DNA from: Camelus ferus
Lineage: Eukaryota
Reading direction: 5' to 3'
DNA length: 64,000 nucleotides
Assembly: GCF_009834535.1 (NCBI RefSeq)
Contig: NC_045698.1
Span: 11,348,001 to 11,412,000, forward strand
The notes beneath the pieces are model-generated. The model had not been told where the DNA came from, did not search any database, and was given only the letters and a program-made list of their open reading frames with translations. Positions 11,765 to 24,564 of this stretch are shown here, piece by piece. How positions within the stretch are numbered: position 1 is the stretch's first letter; each line of letters begins with the position of its first letter. Both the position numbers and the translations under genes were made by a program.

Positions 11765-13450
11765 GAGTAAATGTGTAACGCTCGGGAAGAAAAGTGTAAA
11801 TGTCACGTCAAACAAGCATGGCTTATGGCATGTGTTTATTACCAGTGTCATTTTGTCTCCCGTGGTCTCTTTGTTACTCAGCAGGGTCCAGGCTTCCCCT
11901 CCTTGGATGAGCAGTCACGCGGATCCAGACTTGTCAGTCACTCTGAGATAAGATGCATGGACAACCTTAGTTCAGTAACTCAATTGTCGGGACCTTAAAA
12001 TGATGAAGAGTCCAACCTAATGGAAGTTGGGTTACCCCCTCCCCCGACTGGGGTGTGGCAGGTGGAGGAAGCAGAGTTTGTTGGTTTCTTCTCTCTAACA
12101 ACCTCTCCTTTGCTAACTTGGGATTCTGAGACCTACAGGGTGGGAGTGGGGAAAGGCAAGGGGACAAAAGGGATGCTGATGTTTGCCGCAGTGGCATCAC
12201 TGTCCCTCTTGTCTGGACTTAGCAGAAATCCAAAGCTGACTCTTTCTCTTGTCTCCACCCTCCTTCCTTTTCCAGAGTTTTCTGCACTGTTGAGCCCCTT
12301 CACTTTAACATGTTGGGCCTCAAGTCTTCAGACCTCAGCTGAAATATCCATTTCATATCATGTTACAAATGAATTTTCTTTAAAAGCATAGGACTTCCAG
12401 TTACTGTCTATCCAGAGCTCTCTATTTCAAACACAGAACTTCAAGCTTCACTGGAATGTGTTACCATCTTCATTTCACCTTTAAAATGACCTGTGTTTGA
12501 TGCAAATAGCTTCTGAATATGCGATGAAGGAAAAAAAAAAACAGACTTGCAAATACCCACCATTCAAGATTGTTTATATGTCTAATGAGAAATGATTTTT
12601 GCTGCCAAACGTTTGTATGTTTCCCCGTCTCCTTAAATCCCTACCCTTTGGATAAAATGGATCTGAGATGGCTAACCAAGAGGACAGAAAAAAATCAGTA
12701 GAGAGGAGATAGGGCAAAGGGCAAGTAAGGATAGAAGAATAAAACACAGCTGAGGAACAGGCCACATTCGCACGTGCTTGGCATTGCCACATTTGTCAGA
12801 GGTGGTCATGGCTCTGGTTGAATTCCTGAATTGTCCAAACAAAGAGAGCAGTACGATCAATATCACAGTTCAGTGTATTTATAAGACGTAAAGAGTATAG
12901 TTGCTGAAGACAATCATACATGTTCCTATGAGAGGAATGTTTCCTGTGTGCTCCCATGGTGGGCGAACTCTGCACGGAGGTGGACCAAAAGGCCAGATCA
13001 TCCACAAACTAGGACATGTCCTCATGCTCTTCCTTGTGACACTCCTCAATGCGAACAGAAAGCCAAAGATTGTTATTTAGGAAATGTTCTTGTAGATAGA
13101 ACCATGATGCCGAGTGGTAGTCTTGCTTCAGACACTGCCTAGTGTTAGGCCTTCACACTGCCACAGACACACTCTGAGTCTATTGATACGTATTTTTAAT
13201 TTTGGTAGCAGTTCTTCCCAATTTTTTTTGCATGTAAATACATGTATACAGTATCCTGCACATTTTTTTAGTTTACATATATGTATTGATTTTTGTTTCT
13301 AAGAACAGATTAGAGATTTAGCATTTAAATTTACAGTTATCAAAGGAATAAAGCCAATTACAAAACAAGAATCAACAGAATCTGGTGATCCAATCAAGGA
13401 CACCTGCCCAATATTAAACATAATACCCACCATTTTTGTTGGTGATTTAC

Positions 13451-13660
13451 CCGTTGGGTAGATATGAATGCGTATATCCTTGCAAATTCTTTCTCATACA
13501 GTTTTCCCATGAATTTCCAACTTAAAAGAATTTTTCTTTCCAAAAGTCGTGTATTGGCACTCAGGGTGAAATTGTATATATAGAAAGTCATTCTTTGGCA
13601 TTCGTTTCATTTTGTGGGAGATTTAAAGCTCCTTCCTTGCTCTTTGTTTTTCTTCTTTTC
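13451..13660 (-). other. Candidate exon (210 nt) of an unidentified minus-strand transcript
   Basis: Acceptor (T)n-acacccataaacagccttttccag|G and donor CGG|gtaaat. Contains stops in all three frames. Confidence 0.3.
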
Positions 13661-14228
13661 CTGGAAAAGGCTGTTTATGGGTGTAAAAAAAAAAGAGTCA
13701 AAGATTACAAATTAAAAAAAAAAAAAAAGCTGGCTCTGCGCAGTGAATATTAATTCGTTTGTTCTCAGAGGTTGCCTTGCTGAAAAAAGCAAGGTGTGAG
13801 GCAGAGAAGGCAGGGAGATAGCATATAGCCCAATTAAGTTTGGTACAGAAAATGGAACCATTCTTAAGGGTTATAATACCACATACACAGGCTGATAAAG
13901 AACCTTTCCCACCCCGCCAAAAAAACCAACAGCCCAGCTGGATGGAATAGGCTAACGTCACAAATGTATCATAGATCTATTGAATGTACGAGGGCACCAC
14001 GGTCAGGGGACAAATACACCAAGTCCCTGGCCTGATAGTGGTGACAGGTTTGAATAAAATCAGAGGTAACGATTTTACTGAGGCCAGAATAAGCAGCGTG
14101 TTAGCACAAACCCTCAGCTCTGAAGAAGATAAGTGAATTATAATTGCACACATAGACTTCTTAAGTTCATTTCTGCTTCATGGACACATTCTCTTATTTT
14201 CATCCAAAGCTACTTGATGAGATTACTT

Positions 14229-14231
<3 letters not shown>

Positions 14232-14287
<56 letters not shown>

Positions 14288-14344
14288 GGAGAGGGAGAGG
14301 GAGAGGGAGAGGGAGAGGGAGAGAGAGAGTGTGTGTGTGTGTGT
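14232..14344. repeat. Compound microsatellite (GA)n-(GAGAGG)n-(GT)n
   Basis: Read directly. Confidence 0.97.
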
Positions 14345-14689
14345 ACACTCCCCAGTGAGAAACACAAATGATTTTGTCTTTAATAAATCAAAATCTGAAA
14401 AGCATTTCCTAAGTGTTTTTCCTTGTGCTGGTGGAGGAAGATAATCTATCTCAATTTTGAGGCCATTCAGACATTTGAAAATATGGACTCTGGAGAAAAG
14501 AGCTAACCCATCTCTAAAAGGAAGGATGCTAAAACTCTTGCAACCAGTGAGTTACAGAATTTGGCCGATGAAAAGAAGTTTCACTGTTTTCACAAACAGG
14601 TGTCAGGACTAACAGAGCTGTCCTGGAACGGCAGCTTGGTGAGGGAAGGTTTCCTGGGTGCTTTATCGATAGCTGTGTCCTCCCCTTCC

Positions 14690-14790
14690 CTCCCCCTGGA
14701 ACAGTGTCCAACACGTAGTAGGTGTTTGATAAATACCAGTAACATGATGAATGAGTGATAAGCCTAAGTGGCAAAATGAGTGAATGAATG
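14690..14790 (+). mobile_element. L2 3' end
   Basis: CCTGGAACAGTGTCCAACACGTAGTAGGTGTTTGATAAATA...GAATGAATG. Confidence 0.7.
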
Positions 14791-15264
14791 AGAGTCTGGT
14801 AGAGCTTTGGGTGACCTGTGCTGATTACCGGATGAAACTACGTTGTAATTAGCATTGAAATAATTTGTCCTTTTATGGCTTCTCCCCTGGTTTTGGAGAG
14901 CTGGCATTCCTAAAACTTTTAAAGCATTTTCCTTTCAATCTTAGGTATACAATTACATGGAACTTTACATGGTTTGCTGAACAAAATTTGAACTGTTATC
15001 ACCAAATAAGAATCGAGTGAGTCTGAATTGATGTATTTCTCTCCAGCTCACATTTCTGTGGCTTGTTACTGAACAGTCTAAATATCAGTTATAGATGTTT
15101 AGTTATTGGGCAGCCATAGCTATAAGGCTGCATAGTTTCTCACTAAAGATATTAAAGGAATAAAATGAATGAATAAATGATAAACCTAAGTAGCAAAACC
15201 CTTGTGTTAGCTAATACAGTGTTTTTACTACTTTCTGTATTTGCAGACATGTTTGAAATAAAGT

Positions 15265-15400
15265 AATTCATTCAAACATGATTTAGGTCTTTTTTCTGTG
15301 TCAGGTATTTTCTAGACACAGGACAGAGATCAGGGAACAAGTCTAAATACTTGCCCACATGGAGCTTACATTTTGGGGGAAGAGAGAGGCATTTAACAAA
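15265..15400 (-). mobile_element. L2 3' fragment
   Basis: ATTCATTCAAACA...TGTGTCAGGTATTTTCTAGACAC...TGCCCACATGGAGCTTACATT. Confidence 0.7.
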
Positions 15401-15539
15401 TCTTGAAATAATGAAATTATAGTACATTGTTAATTAGTTTATGGTGCATTGAAGTAAGAGTGATTATGATGAGGCTTTTTTTTTCATTGAATATTGATTT
15501 TATTATTCAATGATTTAAATCTCCTGCACAAAAAAGACA

Positions 15540-15720
15540 TGTGATTTAGTGGGAAAAAAATAGATTGAAATCAAAATAACACTATTCTGGCTCAGCCTCC
15601 AGTACTATATTATCTATATGATCTTGAAGAAGTCACTCATTTTCTTTGATCCTCAAATCTTCGTATGTAATGAGAGAATGAAAGCTTATTATCTTATTGA
15701 AACTCTATGAGGATGTACAT
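15540..15720 (+). mobile_element. MIR SINE (degraded)
   Basis: TGATCTTGAAGAAGTCACTCATTTTCTTTGATCCTCA...TGTAA. Confidence 0.55.
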
Positions 15721-15949
15721 ATGCATACAGAAAATATGAAAGAAATGTAAATCTATGTGTGTGCATGAATGCTTTTATGTACAATTGCGTATCTGTATCC
15801 ACACCTATATGTGCATCATCGTTTCTCATGGGAAAGCAGATTATAAACAAGGAGGTTGGAGTAGATGCCAGGTAATGTCCAGTCTTTGTTAACATCATCT
15901 GTTTCTAGCTTTTAAAATGCCCATATCTTCATTCCTCCATCCTGAAACG

Positions 15950-16690
15950 GGTTCTCAGGGAAGCAAGGGAGTGTCTTGCAAACATCTAGGGAAGAGGGAT
16001 GCAAGATGCAAAACTTCTAAGACAAGGATGTACTTAGGGTGTTTCTAGCAGGAGGGTGGTCCCAAATGACGGTGGAATAACAGAAGGGAAGATTGCAGGA
16101 GTTTCCTAGACCAAAGGTATACTCTGGACTTTGTTCTAAGTGTGATGGGAGTTGGAGAATGGAGCATAGAAAACTTGATTGGGTTGATTGTTTTAAAAAA
16201 GCCAACGTGACTTCCAGGGATAATGGTCTATATAATGGTCAAGAGTAGGGGGAAATAGCAGAAGGCTATTTCATTTTTCCAAATGAGAGAAGGTGATGGC
16301 TTGAACTGAGATCTTGGTGGTGAGAGGGTGAGAAGTGGTCCAACTTGAAATATCTGTTAGTATCAGAGCCTCCAGGAGTCCCTGCTGCATCGGATGTAGA
16401 GGGTCATAGGAAGATACTAGTCAAGAGTGACTCCTAAGTATTTGGCCTGAAAAATCAGGTTGGTGGTAGTACCATTTAATGAGCCAAGGAAGACAAGTGC
16501 AGAGTAGGATTGAGGAATAAAACCAAACTTCATTTCTGAATATGTCACTTTGAGATGCCGTTTAAACTTCCAGGTGGAGCGGTGAGTAGACAGTTGGATG
16601 GAAGAATCTGGCGGGAGTCATAAAACTGAATGCCAGTAACATATAGATGGTATTTTAAAACCATGGGATTGGATGAGATCATCTGAAGAT
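15950..16690 (-). mobile_element. L2 LINE
   Basis: GGACTTTGTTCTAAGTGTGATGGGA...GGTGATGGCTTGAACT...GTCAAGAGTGACTCCTAAGTATTTGGCCTGA...TTTGAGATGCC...CCATGGGATTGGATGAGATCA. Confidence 0.85.
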
Positions 16691-17970
16691 GGTTCTTCTT
16701 AAAATATCTCTGATCTCTGCTAAAGAACCTTTGTGATTTCATTCCCAGTTACTAGGAATGAATACTTTGTTAAATACGGTAAAAATGAATTAAAGGAAAA
16801 GTGAAATAAGGAAGTGCAAACTACAAGTGTCACTATTTTGTTTTATTTTATTTTTGCTATTACATTGAACAGACATGAAATTTTTCTGTGAAATTGCTGT
16901 GAAGATTTCTAAACACTTACTCTGGCTTTCTGTGCTGACCTTATCGTGGACTGACAGCAAACAGCGTCACATCAAGCCAGGAGTGCGTGCAGAGAGAGAA
17001 GGAGCCTTGGGCCTCCAACGTTGGCCCTCAGCGAGATGAGGAGGGAGGCGGGAAGTCATCAGACCAGTTCTTAGAATTCAGATTAAGAAAGTGTTTCAAG
17101 GAAAATGAGGCAAATGTATAGTATATGCAAAGTAGATGCTCCCAGGCATCACATATAATGATCGAATGGGCCAGAATGAAGGCAGGGTTGCTATTTTGCT
17201 TTTACGCTTTCCTTTCCCTACCTGCTTTCATGAGGATGCAGTTCTTCCAGTCCTCAGCTTTGTCTCTGCATGGTCTGTTCTAAGACGGTTTGGGGACAAA
17301 CCTGAAGGAAGAATCTCAAAAAATGAGCAACAGGGTTCATCGCCAAAGTTAGAACTGAGATCAGAGTTTTAAACATCTTCCTCCCTGAAAGCACAAGCCA
17401 AATGACCTAACTCTTAAATTGGAGGCTTTAGGGGTTCATGCTGGCCATTGAAGTCGTTACCAAATCAACCCATTTATTTGCTGGTCCCTCTTTATTATTA
17501 GCAGTAGGCATTATTTCAGCCAACACATTCTCTGAGTCAGGCCAGCAGTGTAATGGTACTCTTGATTTCTCAGCAAAGATTGTTTTTTCAGGCAAAAGGG
17601 GAAAAAGTAACTATGGACAATGGTGAGTGGGTTCAAATGCATGCATGTGAATCCAACCTAAGATTACTACCTTATGTGGAACCCAGAGGGAATTGCACAA
17701 TCTCAGTTTTCCATCTGTGACTTAACTCACCCACTTAAAAGTATTGCCCCATATTTTTTTGCTTAGCCTGGTGCTTGTCTCTGCTCATCCCTTCACTCTG
17801 TTACCATCCCTTATTCCCCAGATGGGGCAGCTGAGCTTGGACCACTTCCCAGCTTGATGTTAGGGCTTAGGCCTGTTGCAGCACTTTGCAGTAATTCTTT
17901 TTAATTACCCCTGGATATCTAAGAGTCTTCTGGCTCCACCTCGGTCCCCATATGGCAGCTTTACCAATAC

Positions 17971-18187
17971 CAGTGGTTCTCAACTGGGAGTGATTTTACT
18001 TCCCAGGGGACATTTGGAAACATCTGGAGACATTTTGCATGACTCAATGTGGGAGGTAAAATGCTACTGGCATTTAGTGCATGGAGACCAGAGACGCTGC
18101 TAAACATCCTACAATGCACAGGACAGCCCCTGACAATGAAGAATTATCTGTCTCAAATACCAGTATTGTCAAAGTTAAGGAACCTTG
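17971..18187 (+). mobile_element. MER20 hAT-Charlie MITE
   Basis: CAGTGGTTCTCAACTGGGAGTGATTTT...GGGACATTTGG...GCTGCTAAACATCCTACAATGCACAGGACAGCCCC...AAGAATTATC; appears full length. Confidence 0.92.
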
Positions 18188-18879
18188 CCCTATATCTGGA
18201 CATTGATTGAGTCATTATTTTACCCTCCGTGCTGATGTTTCTCTCCACTTAAATAACTTAAATGCTTTCAGTTACTGATTATATTTGATTAAGAAATAAC
18301 AAAAGAAAAAGAAATAAAATGACGTTCCACATGCCCAGAGCACTCATGCTGGCTAGTTAATAGCTATAGGAGGAATTGGGCAATCATGTCTTTCAAACTT
18401 CAAGACTTCAGATTCTACTTGTGAGTTAAATTTGTGAGGACTTGGTGACAAATTTGGTAAAGAGGTATCCTCAGTCATTGCACAGCTGTACTGATGGAGG
18501 AAGACCTCAGTAATGAAATGAACTGAGAAAAACGTCTCAATTGTAGGATGGTTTTGTGAAGTACATTGCATGATTTGACCTGTGCAGCTCACCAAAGTGA
18601 CCTTCCTGAGGAAGCTTGCCTTGGCAGAGCCCTGGGGACTCTGTCCACCAAAACACTTAACTCTTTGGGTGGATGAATTACAAAAAAAAAAAAAGGCACC
18701 CTTTTCTGAGCTTGGCACTCACAGGCCAGGACCAGGTGTGGGTGGATACACTCTGGCTGGATTCCAGCCTCATTTGGCCAGGGGGCCGGGACTTTGGTAC
18801 AGGACACACCATTCACAGTTACCTAGGCAACAGCTTTGCTGGAACAATATCTTTGTGATGCGTATCCTTTTGGGTTTTT

Positions 18880-19012
18880 ATTTACTACACGAATATTTGT
18901 TAAGTGCCTACCTTGTGAGCACCATAGGCAACTGAGTATGCCAGTGAATAAAACAGGTAAAGATGCCCACCCTCAAGGAATTTACAATCTGGTGGGATTT
19001 ACAATCTGGTGG
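18880..19012 (-). mobile_element. L2 3' fragment
   Basis: AATATTTGTTAAGTGCCTAC...CAGTGAATAAAACAG...CCCTCAAGGAATTTACAATCT. Confidence 0.65.
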
Positions 19013-19368
19013 ATCCTGTGTTTTAAGCGTTTGTGATGTGAAGTTCATAATAACTGTATTCTCTAGGTGAGAAATAATAAACTGCTGATGATTCATATCA
19101 TTAGGTTACAGACAGTAGGAGCCTGGTTTAAGTCTTCCCATCGCCCTAGCCCGGGCTTTCCTGCTGTGGAATGTTCCAGGTGACCTCAGCCTGAGGTCTG
19201 CTGCCGCTTCCTTCTTGAATTACTTGCTGTAACTCTATTCTCTGACCTCAAGCCTTTGCTCATGGCCTGGCTGAGTGAAGAAGGGAGCATTTCCCCCTTG
19301 TGTGGTGGCTCTGACACTTCCAGCAGCCCCACCTGCAGTCCCTGGCAAGTCTCTGATTAAAGATTTGA

Positions 19369-19403
19369 CTTAAATTCTCCTTTAGAATTTATGAGACATT
19401 TCC

Positions 19404-19434
<31 letters not shown>

Positions 19435-19716
19435 GCCCTCGGGTACCCAAAACCTGTGTCTTATTGGTCAAAAGGCTTCGTGTGTGTTTTTTTTCTGTTT
19501 TGAGGTTTCGGGATTGCAATGGGGCAGTGTCATGAGTGGCTTAAAAACTCCTTTAGAATTTATGAGACATTTCCTGCTTTTTTGCTTTTTTTTTTTTTTT
19601 TTTTTTTGGCCCTCGGGTACCCAAAACTTGTGTCTTATTGGTCAAAAGGCTTTGTGTGTGTGTTTTTTTCTGTTTGGGGGTTTTGGGGTTGTGGTAGGAC
19701 AGTGTCATGAGTGGCT
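19369..19716. repeat. Two-copy tandem duplication (unit about 171-177 bp)
   Basis: CTCCTTTAGAATTTATGAGACATTTCCTGC-(T)n-GCCCTCGGGTACCCAAAA..TGTGTCTTATTGGTCAAAAGGCTT...CAGTGTCATGAGTGGCT occurs at 19369-19539 and 19540-19716. Confidence 0.95.
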
Positions 19717-20727
19717 GTCCTGCTCCAGTCTCTAAATGCCACCGTCACTACCCTTTTCACTGTAGTCTTGGAGCAGACCATGGAAGGACACAAAAAACCA
19801 AAAATAAAATTGCCAAAGCAGGCAGCGGTGAGCAGCAAACATGAATGGAATGCAGCCTGTGCGTTTGCTGAGGTGTGAATCACCCTCAGTCTTCCTTTGA
19901 CATCTGGAAGGAAGCAATGCCCAAACCGACATGCTGTAAATTACCCAGCACAGTCATTCCTGCTCTGAAAGGTGTCAACTTACATCTATTACATTGAAAG
20001 AGAAAGATGAATTAATTTTTTCCAAAAGTCCTAACTCATATGCTGTCCTTCAAACTTATTTCTCTTTCTGTGTTTTGGTTTTGAGGTACTTTCCAGGGAT
20101 TGCGTGCTTTCAGGGAGATACTTGTGTGATGTTCAGAAAAGCTAGACTCCTATTTTCTTCATTGTTTCTGAAAACTTGCCTTTTGTTTCCACAAGACTCT
20201 GGATTGTGGTAAAACTTTTTTTCTTTTCACTTTTTCTTTAGTCCAGTGCCAGGTGGTAACCAGAATTTGGGTTGTGCAAAGGGGGACCATCAGGAGACGG
20301 AAGGATGTCTGTAATCTGACAGATTTTGAAAGAAGGCTCCTGGCATGAACTTGGAGGTTTGAGACTTCGAGGCTCAGATTAGAACTCAGTTGACTTGGAG
20401 GCCAGGCCAGACTTCCTGTCGCACAAACGGAGCATCTGTAGGTATGGGTTGCTTCCGAAAACCTTTGGCTGTGCTTGTTTTGGAACCTACAAAGGATTTG
20501 CGACGTCTTCTAGATGAATTTCAACTCATTTATAAGACAGGAGAGTATTTGAGACCATAGGATTCCTACTTAAATCGAATGGAATCACATGCCTTTCCTG
20601 CCATACTAGAGAGTGAGCATTACAACAACTGGAAGTGGGTGAGATTCAGGGCTCGATGACAGTTTTTAGTGATATGTTATCAAAGAGAGGAATGCAGTGG
20701 GCGTGGCCTGTGACAATGGCTTATATT

Positions 20728-21717
20728 TTTTAAATTAAAAAAACTATTGAAGTATAGTTGATTTACAATGTTAGTTTCAGGTGTACAGCAAAGTGATTCA
20801 GTTAGACATATACATACTTATATATTTTTTCAGATTCTTTTCCATTATATGTTATTACAAGAAATTGAATATAGTTCCCTGTGCTATACAGTAGGTCCTT
20901 GTTGTTTATCTATTTTATATATAGTAATGTGTGTCTTTTAATCCCCAACTCCTAATTTGTCCTTCCCTGCCCTTTCCTCTTTGGTAACCATAGTTTGTTT
21001 TGTATGTCCATAAGTCTGTTTTTGGTTTGTAAATAGAATTTGTATCTTTTTTTTTTAGATTCCACATATAAGTGACATCATACGATATTTGTCTTTTCTC
21101 TGTCGGACTTACTTCACTCAATATGATAATCTCTAGGTCCATCCATATTGCTGCAAATGACATTATTTCGTTCTGTTTATGACTGAGTAATATTCCAGCG
21201 TATATATAGACCACATCTTCTTTATCCAGTCATCTGTTGATGGGTGTTAAGGTTGTTTCCATGTCTTGGCTATTGTAAATAGTGCTGCTGTGAACATTGG
21301 GGTGCCTGTATCTTCTCAAACTATAGTTTGCCCCAGATATATGCCCAGGAGTGGGATTGCTGGGTCATATAGTAAGTCTATTTTCAGTTTTTTAAGGAAC
21401 CTCCAAACTGTCCTCCATAGTAGTTGCACCAATTTACATTCCCACCAACAGTGTAAGAGGGTTCCTTTTTCTCCACACACCCTGTGACCAACAAGGGACT
21501 AATTTCCAAAATATACAGACAACTCATGCCGCTTAATATGAAAAAAAAAAAAGCAAACAACCCAATCAAAAAATGGGCAGAAGACCTAAAAAGTCATTTC
21601 TCCAAAGAAGACATCCAGATGGCCAACAGGCATGTGAAAAGATGCTCAATGTCGTTAATTATTAGAGAAATGAAATTCCAAACTACAGTGAGGTATCACC
21701 TCACACCAGTCAGAATG
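20728..21717 (-). mobile_element. 5'-truncated L1 with 5' inversion (twin priming)
   Basis: Antisense L1 3'UTR and ORF2 end at about 20728-21484, then a sense ORF2 piece to 21717 (NKGLISKIY...KKWAEDL...HLTPVRM). TSD GACA(A/G)TGGCTTAT(A/C)TT at 20712-20727 and 21718-21733. Confidence 0.9.
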
Positions 21718-23899
21718 GACAGTGGCTTATCTTAAAAATGTATTCCTGTGTAGCGTTTGGAGGATTTGCTCTCATCATTTTTGTAGTGGGTTTAGACATG
21801 AAGTTGTATTTTTTTGTCAGATTAAGTAAGAATGTGTTCCCTGGGTGCATAATGATTACCCAGCAGCGGGAGGGCCATCCAGGAGTCAGCTGCTCAGCAG
21901 TCGGGAAACTGGTAGTGGATTAAAAATGGATAATCCACAGAGTGAGGAAAAATACAGCAGAGCTGCAAATCCCCAATGTCATTTTCATTCAGTATCATAT
22001 CACAGAATGGAGAAATAGGTTAAGTATTTTGCCTCGCTAAGTAATTGTAAGGTTTGTAGTAAAAGAAACTGAGTTCCTCTTGCAAAAATTTTTTAATACT
22101 TAGAATTTATTTCTTGTCGATCTTGAGAATTCAGCTTCTAGGGGCTCACAGTTTGCAAGTCACTCCACCGGGAGAATGCACCTAAGATAAAATCCTTTGA
22201 AAAAAAGGAAGGAGGCATGTGCCTCAGATGTGTTCTCCAGAGACATGTGTTACAGCAGAAGGAGCTGAGATGGATGAGTGGGCTGTTGGCCTGTGCTTTG
22301 TCATGAAGTTTTCATGCACAGAAAATGTCAGGTAAAGGAAAACTAGTGTGAGCAATAATCAACAAAACTGAGTTTCCCAAAGCATCTTATTTTATTTTAA
22401 TCTCAAATCTTTTGATTTCTCCAACCCACCAGTACAAGGGCAAGTAACAGGATGTGAAAATTAAGAATTTCAAAGCGTTAAGATTTTGGATTAAGAAAAA
22501 AAAACAACCTGGGAAAAAGTTGCATCTTAACATGCAACAAAAGAATTTGCAAACATCTCATTGGATCTGTGGGGGAGATCTTAAAGAATATACCCAGTTA
22601 AAGAATGATAAATGGAATCCAATAGTGTGGTGTCATGATTGCTAATTTATTATGTATCAAAATTCATAGTGTATGGCTTACTGACTGTACTTTTTATTGC
22701 TTCATTTTGAGACAGGTATGTATATTTATAGAGATTTGTATAAATCCAGCCCCCACCTCAGTCCCCGAGTCCTCCTTTTACAGTCACGTCTTAAATTCAT
22801 CAGCTATAAATTATCCTTCTAGAAAGTTCTGGGGGAACTGTAAACTACTCCAGGGACGACTGCACTTTCACTACCGTCATTCATTCTTGTTTCAGAGTGA
22901 TGTGTCCAGGGATTTGTCCTTGGTTTAATCAATCTTTTTCTTCAGCAAAATGTTGACTTTAGGGCAAAGTTGTTTCTGTTGTGATAAGACTTTGAACATG
23001 TCTGTCACCGCAGTTCAAGTAGGACTTGGCTGTTGGGCAGCAGCAGACTCAGAGGACGGCAGCCAGGCTTGCACAGAGCGCTGGGATCTGGGGAGCAGGC
23101 ATGGCTTGGACGCTCGGCCAGACACAGGCTCTCTAGGACACACTCTCTCCATCTTTTTTTTTCCCCTCCAGTGTCTGTGACTGATGAATTCGCTAAGCAC
23201 TTAATATCTCCTACTCTGTTCTTTCAGCAGACCGTTTGTTTATTTGAGAGCTTATTTTGGCAGGTGAATAATCAGCTATCTGAACAAACTCAAGGGCGAT
23301 CAAGGGGACTAATTAACCTCAACTCTAGATGATCCACATTTTTAATGTTAGTATTTGTGACTTCGCAGAGCAATTGATCTCAGTTGGCTTGCTTTCTTCC
23401 CCGTCTGCGAGAGCACATCAGAAGCTCTAAAACGCACTGAGAAAATAGGTTTTAAAGCCCTCATTACAGTCAAAATTCTGTGGGATTTTTTCAAATATGC
23501 AGATATTTTTTTCCGTTAGCTGTTGGCAGGAGATTCTTGTGGCCCTTTGTTCTAAAGATGGAATTCACAAATCTACACTGTACTGTTTTCCCCACTTCAG
23601 AACTTTAATTAGTACAAATCCATTACTTGCGTTATTATTGAACACTGTTGATCAGATGCAGTCAAGTGTTTGATCTAGTTTTCCTAGGAGATGTGCTTCT
23701 TGTTGGCTAGGCAAGTTCGCTGTCTGCAAATAGAGCAGAAACAGAAGGATCAAGCAATGGCATGTGCCTTGAGAGCAACAGCCTACAATTCTCACTTCCT
23801 TCAAGATTTATATTTATATTTATGAAAGATTTGTATTGGCTGGCTTGGATTTATTAGTTTGGCGCAGAGTCAGCAAACTCTGGCATGCTGAACAATAAT

Positions 23900-24048
23900 G
23901 CTGTTCTGAACGCCAAAAGCCAGGTGGTGGACATCAGATGGGAATTCTCGCCTTGGACTTCACTACCAGCTAGGTGTGAGGCCATGGATCACTCATTTAA
24001 TTCCCATAGTCTGAGCATTCTCATCTGAATGAATAGGTTGGATGAGAT
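23900..24048 (+). mobile_element. MIR SINE
   Basis: CACTACCAGCTAGGTGTGA...CACTCATTTAA...TCTCATCTG...GGTTGGATGAGAT. Confidence 0.6.
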
Positions 24049-24231
24049 CAGTGGGTCTCAAGCTTGAATGTATAAAAGAATTTACTGGAGGGCTTGTTAA
24101 ATTGAAATCACTGGACCTCACCTCCAGATTTGGCAGAGCTGGAGTGGGGCAGTCTGAGAAGCTGTCTTTCTAACAGGGTCCCAGGGAGTGTGGATGCGAC
24201 TGGTCCAGGAACCACACTTTGAGAATTCATG
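24049..24231. mobile_element. MER5A-like hAT-Charlie MITE
   Basis: CAGTGGGTCTCAAGCTT...CTGGAGGGCTTGTTAAA...TTTCTAACAG...GGTCCAGGAACCACACTTTGAGAA. Confidence 0.85.
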
Positions 24232-24367
24232 CATTGGTGATGTCTCTGACCACTTCCAGTATTAACTTTGAGTGACTGCTTCATGCCCAGTGGCTGGAAG
24301 AGCCTATTTGGAACTTCTGAATGCATTGGCTCTGGTAGGTACGGTTGGGGAAGTGCTACCAGCATAC

Positions 24368-24564
24368 CTTAATAAGAGCAGAAATTTAAATCTGTTCAGT
24401 AGTGGGAAGGTCCTGGATGTTAACAGTAGCCCTGAACTAGTGGTGACAAGATTCGAAAAGGTTGGGGTACTGGAGTTTCGCAGCAGGGAGACCACAGCGG
24501 TGGTGGTTGGAGGGAGCTGGGCATTCACTTGGGGTGGTGAGTTCTGTATAAATGATGTGACATC
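24368..24564 (-). other. Candidate exon (197 nt, stop-free in frame 0) of an unidentified minus-strand transcript
   Basis: Weak acceptor aactgtttatag|G and good donor AAG|gtatgc. Encodes S/T/P-rich DVTSFIQNSPPQVNAQLPPTTTAVVS...NRFKFLLLL. Confidence 0.3.

Noticed and set aside
13620..13660. Alternative frame ending KEEKQRARKEL* (ER-retention-like)
   Set aside because: Phase is incompatible with the upstream candidate exon, and no signal-peptide or ER-protein exons were found.
14133..14444. ORF with (ER)n repeat
   Set aside because: It is a translation of the (GA)n microsatellite.
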